Source of the DNA: Chrysomallon squamiferum
Lineage: Eukaryota > Animalia > Mollusca
Length of the DNA: 64,000 bases
Reading direction: 5' to 3'
Assembly: GCA_012295275.1 (NCBI GenBank)
Contig: CM022670.1
Span: 16,740,001-16,804,000 of the forward strand
Position numbers and translations under genes: made by a program. Shown here in pieces: positions 52,911 to 64,000 of the stretch. The notes under the pieces are model-generated. The model was not told the DNA's origin, did not search any database, and saw only the letters and a program-made list of their open reading frames with translations. Within the stretch, counting starts at the first letter, position 1. Every line of letters begins with the position of its first letter.

Positions 52911-54045
52911 CGAACATAACAACGAATATTAATGAACTGATTTCATTTTTATTGCGTGAGGATAACTCAATATTTTATTCCAGTGTGCGAAAGTCGCTTG
53001 TTTGAGAGTTCTGGTGGATCCGTATTGATTTTGCCATTATTCACTGACACTATTTTCTTTAAGAAAGAATTTTTCTATATTACAGTCATGTTCATCATAA
53101 TTCTGTCAAGCCTTTGTGTCAATATATTTCGTGAAAAAAAAGAAGAAATTCTTGTTATCCTGTTTTAATTTGATCATAAAGAAGAATACTGTTTGTTTAG
53201 TTAAATGTCAACATTCGCAGAGTGTCGGAAAATACGTCTATACGTTAATTAAGTTTAATTAAGAATGACAGAGAAAAGATTTTCGAATGCGTGTCTGATT
53301 GAAAACCACAGAGATCGTGTATCATTCATTTGCATTATAATTATATTCATGTGTGTGTGTGTGTGTGTCTGTGTGTGTTTTAAGAAAAAGACATGCAACA
53401 GCAAATCTGTTTTGATCACATTGACTTGTAAACAAAACAGTATTACAAGCACGTTGATATTTAGGACGATAAATTACATTTTCTTTTCTTTTTTATCTTT
53501 TTTATCTTTCCTTTTCAAATTTTCTTAATGATTTTGTTTACTCCCAGCAATAACAAGATTCCGTGGCCTTTCACATTAAAACGAAAACGAAAAAATAAAA
53601 AAAACACACACACACATAAACACACATGCGCGCCTATATTACCACGTATATTACCATACACATGAATATATAAACCAATTACACACCCATACAGATATAA
53701 TTATATCCACATACCACTTAAATTCATAGTTTGTCTGTGTTTCAAACAGACTACTGTAGAAGAGAAAGTCATGAATAATAAAAAAAAAAGAAAAAAAAGT
53801 AAGACTGATTGCTGCAACTCGACTCCCTGTTTGCTGTGGTCATGAACAAAACGATCAATCGATGACTATCACATTGTTGATTGATAGGAAATTCCAGCCA
53901 AAGGCTATACTTTTTTAATGAATCCTTTACCGCTATCTGACACGCGGGCTTAAATCTTGGATTGCAGGTAAACTGTAGCCAATCAATAAATTCCTTCTTA
54001 GCGTGGTATCCAGACACGACAAAATATGCATACATATACATATAG

Positions 54046-54100
<55 letters not shown>

Positions 54101-57100
54101 ATTAATGTATATTCAGGCACGAGTCACATTCCTCTCCTACTAATATGATGCTTTGTAGTTGAAATAGACCACCCAGATAAATATGTAAAAAAAAAAAAAT
54201 GTCCTTTCCATGTTAATGATATTTTAAAATTTTCTCTACTCGCACGCAGTTAAATTTTATTTTAAATTGTACCCTGTAGTCAAAGAGAGAAAATCAAAAA
54301 TTATAACTTTGATTTATTACTTTTACAGTGGTGATAAAATCGGTATATGTGAATGTGTATATAGTTATTAATGTGGTTGTTGTTTTGTTTCTTATCTTGT
54401 AAAAAACCCCACAATATACATATATCCATTCATGCATGGATATATATATATATATATAAAGACATACATAAATACGTACATAAATACGTACATACACACA
54501 CACACTTATTTATTATGTTTAATTATCAGTTTAAAAATATTATAATCACAGTCACTAAAACTTTTTGTAAGGATTGTTTTTTTAATAAAATGAATGTTTA
54601 ACATAATGCTTATTTTCTCTATTATAATTCTTCTGCTTTTGATTAAATAACAACGACAGCATCACGCAACGACTACATCAACAACATCAAGATACACGGC
54701 TTTGTTTTAAAAATTTATCATCATCGAAATAAAACAAACAGTAGGAACATTTTTTATCCCATTTTAAAACCGTTTACACAGAGGCACGTACACACAAAAT
54801 CCACTCAGATGGTTCTGTGGAAGCAGATGACTGCGGCTCAGCACGGTAAATTGAATTTCTTCCTGGAGCCAACCAGTTCCACTATTGACCAGAGTCTGGC
54901 TGTAACCCCTGATCCAGATTCTGCTCGTCTTAATGGGTTCGGCAACGCTGGGCAAGAATTCAATCTGGGATGACATTTATGGCTGCTTGAGAAGCTTTTC
55001 GAGTATTGAAAGTCTGAAACCGGCAAGAGAAGGTGTCACTAGAAAACGTTTCATCACGCAGATGAATGTGGATTTCGTTTTTGCGCTAATTCACTGCTTT
55101 TGACATGTTGTCCCTCGTCTTGGTTGGTTTCCAAATATTGGTTTTTTTTAAAGATTCTTCTCCGTTTTATTGTCTTTAGGGTTTCTTTTTAATAAAAAAT
55201 TATTAAAACTGGATTTTTTTTATGTTTTAATAAAATGTTATTTTTAATACACACAGTCTGTTTCAGTACAAAGAGAGGTTGTTAACTTTATAAAATTGAC
55301 ATGGAAACAAAAAACTTAAGTATTCTTATCTGCTCAACAAGAATTATTGTAATTAATTGTTCATTAAAAACAGATATTGTTTATGTCAGTAATAATAATA
55401 ATAACAACATAAACAACAACAACAACAACACAAATAATAATAATAATAACAATAACAATAACAATCATTAAAGGAATTAACTAAGAACATCAAGTTTATT
55501 TCATATATTCTTCATCTTAATTTTCTCCGCCATTTGTCAGAATCGCATAACCAAAATCTGACATATGGAACAATTATTTATCAACAGTTATTGGACTAAA
55601 TAATCGAAATTATATTTTAAAATAATGAAAACAGTTTTACACTCATCATCTTTATTCATTGTTATTTTTCAAAACATCCTTTTTTTTTTTTTTTTTTTTT
55701 TCTTAACGACATTATCATCATTTCCCCACTCATCTTCTTTGAAAGCCAACTTGAGAGTGACACATCACACACACACATTAATAACGACATACTTAGCCGC
55801 CGGCTAGCGAAACCCGTACTATTACCGTCCTCATCATTATACCGTTGCGGTCATTATCGGTGATCGTGACTTCTTGCAAAAATCGTCTCTGAAAAGAAGC
55901 CTTATTAAGCCTGTCACTGACGTCAATGCGGAACACAGCGGGCTGAGGGGTAATAACAGTTATTAGCGGAGAGAACAAGCGATGGCAAAGTTACACGGAA
56001 CGTCACCGTTCGGCAAGCGGAGACGTGAATTGTACTGTTTTGGTATTCACTACAATAGAATGATGAGACCAGCCAAATGCCTCGCCGTGTATTTATGTCA
56101 GTGTTTATCATTATTAGTGTCATATCAGATTCCGTTTGTCCACACTGGTTTATCTGATGTGGGCATGCAAATAGCATTTAAATTTATGTTCTTGTTGTTT
56201 TACGTTTTCCTTTCTTTTCTTTCTCTTTCTTTCTTTCTTTTTTCTTTCTTTCTTTCTTTCTTTCTTTCTTTTTTCTTTCTTTCTTCTTCTTCTTCTTCTT
56301 CTTCTTCTTCTTCTTCATCATCATCATCATCATCATCATTATTATTATTATTATTATTATTGATTATTATTATGGAAAACACCGAAACCTTATTTCATCA
56401 GAAATACGTGCACCGTATTAGCCAATTTAACATTAAAAAAGCAACAATCAGGAAAAACTTTGTTTTGATCTCATGGACGATTTTTTGCTATTCGCAGTAA
56501 TCAATAGCATTTTTTTTATTAAAAGGTTAACCATGAAAGTGTGTAGAAAGGAATATTTTCAGTTCAAATGTTACCCTTGAAAGAATTTATATATGTTAAT
56601 TGTTAACTGACATTGTCTACCATCTCCATAACCGAAATAAATTCAGAATTTGTCTCACCAGCTATAAAAAGTTTGGGTCTAGCTTTTCGTCACCAGGGTT
56701 ATTTTGTTCAGATATTCACCAGAATGCAGAGACATTTGAATCGGTATAATGAAATATTTCCATTTTACTGCCATCTTCTTTTTAACATATGAACAAACGA
56801 GATATGTCCAAGAGGTCGAAACAATGCCCGTTAAAAGAAAGATTTCAGAAGAAAAGCCTGTTGTTTGCTTTAATCTGTCTTCTCAGACTTAGTGCAAATA
56901 CTTTGTATTAGGTTACGACCTGTTTTGGGCAGACTGAGTTCAGCCAAAATTTTTAACTGAACCATTTCAAAAAATCAGTTGTTATAAATGAAGGCGATAA
57001 ATTGTTATATGAACATCGAATATAGCAAAATGAATTGTATTTCCTGCCATGCAGTTTAAAAAATATATGTCTTGAATATTGTTCTTTAAAATTTCCAAAA

Positions 57101-59041
57101 TTTCAAAATGTTATGAACTCTACTTATCATAATTAAGAAACATAATATTTTGTTGTTTTTGTTATTTATGTATTTTGTGTTGTCGTTTTATTTTAATTTA
57201 CTATTTTTGTTTGTTGTTGTTTTGTTGTTTCTGATAGGTTTGTTTGGTGTTATTGTTTTTTGTGTTTTTCGGTTGTTGTTTTTTGTGTTTTTTTTTTTTT
57301 TTTTTTTTTTTTTTATTATACAAAAGGCATAAAATTGCCTCTCGTATATTCAGAAAAAAGAAAAATACAAAACAACATAAAAACAATACACCAAATTTTT
57401 AACCCCTTTTAATGAAACTTCTTTTTAATCAATCAGACCCACGCGAAAAGCCCACCTGTGTTTTCCGGGCTGTGTGTTGTCCGGATGCACTGACATTTGC
57501 ACGCGCACGCTCCGAGGCCCTGTCTGTCATAAGAATGGCAATGTCGTCCGCACAGCACGTGCCAGCAGTTCCGGGCTTAATGAAAAAGAAGCCAGCTGAT
57601 TGGCCGATGCACACCTGCATCCGCAGATATATGGATTCTAACGCTCGATCCAATTTTCGGGCTTTGGAAAATGTTCCCACACATTATCGCTCTTGTATCA
57701 GAACTGTCAGGCGACATTTGAAGGGAAAAATCAATTTTTTTCTTTGAAAAAGTAAAGAATTATTTCATTATTGGCGTTAATAGCACCAGTATGCCTCGCT
57801 TTTTCGGCCTTTGTCTGGGCTGACCGTTCTCATGGCTCTGACTTGATGCCTAACAATGCGATTAATAACCGTGCAGTGAAATGAAGATTTTATGACCAGG
57901 ACTCAAAGATAACGCAAACAATGCTTTGTTCTAAACAAACATGTAGAACGAGCTTCCACTAAATATAATGGTATTAAAAAAAAAAAAAATTATATATATA
58001 TAAAAATAAAAATAAATAAAATATAATAAAAATAAATAAAAAGAATAATAAAATAAATAAATAAAACAAATAAAATAAATAAATTTAAAATATAAATTAC
58101 AAAGTACAAACACTAAAAATAAAATATAAATAGAATAAAATAACTGAAACAAAGTAAATAAAACGAATAAAAAAACCCCAAACATTAACAACATTAAAAA
58201 ACACAAACAAAATAAATAAACAAATAAATATATATATATAAAATATAAATTACAAATACACACAATAAAAACAGAATACAAATAAAATAATATTCTTAAG
58301 ATAATGGATAAAATTTGTTTTTTAAATAAGCATAAAATCAATGATGCTATAAAAATATTTACAAAGACCCGCTTAAAGCAGTCTTGTCCTTTTTTTTCTC
58401 ATCTTTAAATTTACTTATTTATTTATTTTATTTTATTTGTTTAGATCTTTATTTTAATTTGAAATAATATTACAAAATAATGGTAGACGAAAATCAAACT
58501 TACCCTCATATAGCTGAGAGTCTATATATTATATTTCGAAATCAGAAACACTTTAGCAAACCGATTTGCTTTTAATAAATAATAAATAAATAAGTCACGT
58601 GTTTGGAATGACGCTGAAAGCATCGTGGAAAGTACATACAAATATCAATACGCTTCATTGTTTATTTATACATTTGCAATTAGTGAATGCGTCACAGCGA
58701 GAAAAATTAGTTCCAGGTGGCGCTCGGATATTCTCCCCCATTAGAACGATACAGAATTAATGCAATCGTTTGTTGATATTTAGCTTAAAACAAATATTGT
58801 CTCATTGTTTCAGATCGGCGCGGATCGCGAAGCAGCCGTCGTTTACCGAGTCGAAGCAGAGGCAGATGTTGAGTGTAAACTGTGGGACAAGATTACGAAA
58901 CGATCGCGACGAAACCGAGGCTGAACAATAAACAACATGGCAGCTTGTGTACAGAGCCAAGATCATTTTCAAAACTGAAAATTAGCGACTTTGAGTAGAT
59001 GAAGGTCTTTGTTTTAACGTAGATATTCGTACTACTACTGT

Positions 59042-59079
<38 letters not shown>

Positions 59080-59140
59080 TTGGTGCTTCTTTTACCGCTA
59101 ATAGTACTACTACTGTTACTACTACTAGTACTAGTATTTC

Positions 59141-59186
<46 letters not shown>

Positions 59187-59305
59187 TTTTAACAAGTTTT
59201 AATTTGAAACTAACTTAACATTAAATCAATCAAGAAATGTAAATATTCCAGGATGGAACAGAATATTATTATTATTATCGTTATAGATATTTTTGAAAAC
59301 TGGTT

Positions 59306-59382
<77 letters not shown>

Positions 59383-59563
59383 CAATAAAAACATTTTCAT
59401 GAAAATCAATAAATATTTAAAGATTCTTTTATAAAGAATATAAAATACAACCATTACATCTTCATTATTATTTTATAACGAAATAAACAAAAATGTGTCT
59501 CCTTTCAAAGCATTGATGAAACTGGACGTTTATGTTACTGTTTTTGTTGTTGTTGTAGTTACA

Positions 59564-59604
<41 letters not shown>

Positions 59605-60470
59605 CATTATTATTATTATTGCAGTTGTTGTTCGTGTTGTTATTACTGGCGTTGTTGTTCTGTTTATCCTGTCACTTGTTTCATGTTAATTTAAAACAAA
59701 TGTCACGTGCGATTAATTTGGGGTCGCAGCGCCATCTTTCTCCTCGTCTGGTCTCTGATTATCTGCGTTCGACAATCTCTGCGTGGAAGATATTAAATTA
59801 TAAATCAAACCGAAAACCGAATGTTTAGAATGTTTAGTGTCTGCAAACGAGCTACTCTGAATTGTATGGTTATTTTATAGACTTCTGCGACACGAACTGA
59901 TATTGACACGTACATGAAACTGACAATAAAACAATATTTAGTGCTTGCATTGTGTGCTGTACTGACTTGTATAACTGTGGAACTTGCATTATGTTTTTAT
60001 TTCACGAGTACGCATTGTGATTTATGTATTAAGTTTGTAATACTGTAATATTAGCAATACTGTAATATTAGACTTTGACTTCGCTAGGCTATACAGTTAG
60101 CAGTATATACACTTTGACTTCTACACTGAGTTTACAATATACATACATCGACTTTTGACCTCTGCATACACTTTGCGACATATATATATATATATATTGA
60201 TTTTGACTTCTAAACAGTTTGCAGTATATTCAGTGTTCAGCTAGGCTTACTGATTTTAAATGATTTATAAAATCATAAATGTATATATAGTTATTTGTGG
60301 AGTGTCTAATGAGAATGAAAAATAAACGCCAGTTCTGATTATATAATAATAAACATATTTAACTAAACTAAATAAAAATAATATATATATATATATATAG
60401 ATATATTACAGCACTATTAAAATAAATAAATAAGTAAATTAATAATAATAATGATGATGATGATGATGAA

Positions 60471-60526
<56 letters not shown>

Positions 60527-60896
60527 ATACAGTACAAACAACTGAAAACTAAATGTAACAGTAATAAAAGTATGGTGAACGATGAACATGAATACAATGT
60601 ACAGTGAACAGAGCTCATGTCAGTGCGTCTGTCTGTCTGTATGTATGTGGACTTAAATTATTTATAGTATATTTAATTTTCAAAATTAAAAGAGTTTGCA
60701 ATATGTTATTTTTTTAAGAAAAATATAATTTTTAGCTTTGTATGTAAGTTGTGTTGTTTTTAATATTTTAGTATATAGATGTACATAAAAAATATGTACT
60801 AAAGTATATATATGTATATACTTGTATATGTGTATATTTATACCACATACACATAAAATACACAAAACAAAAATGAGAGAGAAAAAATACATATAA

Positions 60897-60927
<31 letters not shown>

Positions 60928-62770
60928 ATACGTAAATAAATAAAACAAATGAACAGGCAAGCGCCTATACATAAGAAATATTTATGTGTATCTCAGCATA
61001 GATTAGATTTGTTGCGTGTTCTCATGTTATTCTATAATTAACACTGTAAATATTTTTGTCTCTATATACCTACGTGTCAGTAAACTGTTTTGTTAACAAT
61101 ACGAACAAATGAAGTTGGCGTGCACATGTATGTCACTGCGGATAAATAATACCATGAATACCACGACTTTTTCTTCTTTTCTTTTTTTTTTTTTTTTTCT
61201 TCTTTGAACTGATCTACAACATGGCGCTTGGAAGACGTTTGTGTAAACTTCAGAACTTGCAACAAAAACATTTTGGTAACAGACGGAGCTTTTGGCACCG
61301 GCCTGGGCAACATTTGTTTCTTGTTTAGTTGTGTAACACCCACAGGTTCTTTCCCAGTTTATGATTAGTGTAAATATTAAGGAAAGCTCGCTCCGAGAAG
61401 CCAAGCTGTCTGTCTCGAATCAGCAACGAGATCTCGCACACTCCGAACACGCGATAAAATGGCCGCCACTCTGGCGCTACCGAAAGTGCCACGCGCATTT
61501 TTTTTTTTTTCTCTCGCTACACCATGTTTGTTTAGCTTTATCAAATTCGTATGTTGAAGATTTTTTTTTTTTTTAGTTATTTATTTTTTTTTTTTTTTTT
61601 TTTTTAAAGTCATGCAAATATCTTTCAGTCGTTTTGAAGTTTATTCTCGCGTTTAATCTTCCTTAATCTGTAAATCATTTTTTTTTTTTTTTTTTTTTTC
61701 ACTTTTAAACAGTCCGATGCATTCGATCAGATTTTCTTTATTTGAATTTAAATTTCGAATTTTTATTTCAGTATGGTCATGTGTTTATTTTCAGCACGTG
61801 CTGACGTCACAACCTGCGCTGAAACGTATTAAAATTTAAAAAAAAAAAAAAAAAAGAAACAACACACATTTTTTTTTTGTTGTTGTTGTTAAAAATACGA
61901 AAAGAGAAAAACTTGATTATACCCTGCTTTGAAGTTGTTTTTATTATAATAATAAAGAAAAAGTTTATTATAAAAAAAAAAAAGAGAGAGAGAGAAAGAA
62001 ATAAAAAAAAAATGAAAAGAAAACATAGAAACTAAAAAATGATTTCACTATCATGCGAAATGTATTTGAATTTAACATCAAGTGATTCAAGTCGAAATAA
62101 TGTACAACTAAAATAAAATAAAACAAACTACTTCTATTGCTGCTACTACTGCTACTACTACTACTACTACTATACTACAACTACTACTACTACTGTTGTT
62201 ACAACTACTTCTACTACTGCAACTGCAACTGCTACTACCACTGCTGAACGTACTATTACTATTACAACTATTATTTTTACTACTCCTATAGCGCCTTGCT
62301 GTTACTACTAGTCGTACTAATATTAATAACAATTCGTTAAATTAATCTAAATGTGCTTTAATTTAACGATGGTTAAATACAAAGTATAACAGCAACATCA
62401 ACGACAACAAAACAAATAATAATAATAATGATGATGATGATGATGATGATAATAACAATGATAAAATTGATCATCATCGTAATAAAATAAAGAATAAGAA
62501 GATGATTCATTGAAAAGCGAAAGCTAATATTCGGTTGAAGTAAATACGTTTCTGTTTTGAATAAGCATTAAAGCATTCATTCTAATACTCTATTCTAGTT
62601 GCCTTTTATTTACTTATTTTTTTATTTTTAAAACAACTGTGTCATGGGTTAATTGTTTTTAAATTCATATCCACATGAGATAAACATTAAATCAGACTTT
62701 TAATTTGTTTTTTTTACCCCCAGAATACACAATTATAGTCCACAAAGGAAAAAAAGAAAAGAAAAAAGAA

Positions 62771-62898
<128 letters not shown>

Positions 62899-64000
62899 CA
62901 TACATACACACACAACCAAACACCCACGTATAGTGTCTCTGTTTCAATGTATGTGTGAAAGATCAAAACAGAAACAAAACTAAACGAAGGAAGGATCTGG
63001 GTCAGATACAAACCTTAATGAAGTGTATGCGACTTCATGAAAATGAAGTTAAAAAAATCTCAAACCATGCTTTCAGTAGGCACGAATTGCGTTGAAACTG
63101 TCTAACACCAGAAACAATGAAAGAAAACAATGAGTAGCATACAAACAAACATTCCCTTTCTCCTGCTGCAAGAGCCAGAGAGACCGAGATAGACGAGCGT
63201 TGAAATGTTCAAGTGATATTTATTGCTAGTGAAATCAGCGTGCATACGTTGAAATAAACACAAAGACTAACATTGTGGTGGCGAGATTAACGTCTGACTT
63301 CGCGATAACAGCGCATTGCAGACGCGAGTTTCTCGAATGCTTTCTGCAGAAATAATCACATACACGTGTAGAACAAACACACGCAAACGCTATCATCGGA
63401 TATTGTCATCGCGAAGCAATTTACATCTGTAAAACGTAAATAACAACTGGGAGATATGGCGGAGCGGTTGTAAATAACTGACCAGCGTGTCTCGTAATGC
63501 GTGTTTCACTGCCGTGGAAGCATTTTTAGAAACATTCGTGTTTCTGCATAGGTTTGAATCTTAAGTACACTTTTCAGTAAAACTGCAGTTTGATTAACTT
63601 CTGAAAAGTATTATCATTTGTTGTATTTTCTTAACTATAATAATAATTTTAAAGTTTCTGTTACTGTAATTGTCTTCTTCCTGGTTTTTTTTTTTTCAGA
63701 CAAAACTTATGTAATGCTGATGATGATGATGATGATGTGAGATCGACAACAACGACAACGACGGCGACAACAACTACAACGACGGCGACAACAACTACAA
63801 CAACAATAATAATAGCAACGGATTTCCCATAATAACATTAAATTAATTTAATATTTTCTTAAATTTAATTTTGTTCAACATTTGTCAGAATCATTTAACC
63901 AAAATAAATCGCTTATATTCGTCACTGAAGAAAATTAAAATTAGGAGCTGGCAACTCAGTTTAAATATGTACATGTGACAGCTCGATCCAAGTCTATTTT

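Overview
AT-rich, microsatellite-dense animal genomic DNA, probably from a lophotrochozoan or mollusc (inference from composition and protein sequence). I can support only one protein-coding gene: an Id/extramacrochaetae (emc)-family HLH inhibitor on the + strand. Its predicted structure is coding exon 32303-32623, coding exon 33162-33221 (126 aa total), a 3'-UTR intron and a non-coding third exon from 34004. The gene sits in about 60 kb of otherwise non-coding DNA punctuated by short GC/CpG-richer islands that look like an enhancer landscape. About 550 bp upstream is an element whose motif order matches the vertebrate ID1 BMP-response element (the known 'Bicore1' bilaterian conserved element). 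Three more exact GRCGNC-N5-GTCT Smad composite elements lie upstream, in intron 2 and downstream. The most unusual observations are a 31-bp minisatellite downstream of the gene whose unit is a canonical heat-shock element (8 perfect HSEs), an ~85-bp minisatellite carrying 7 STAT-type TTCT(C/G)AGAA sites, and a 259-bp fold-back palindrome with (GA)n/(TC)n arms. There is also a hAT MITE with an intact 8-bp TSD. Nearly all other listed ORFs are microsatellite or low-complexity artefacts. All regulatory calls are motif-based and untested.
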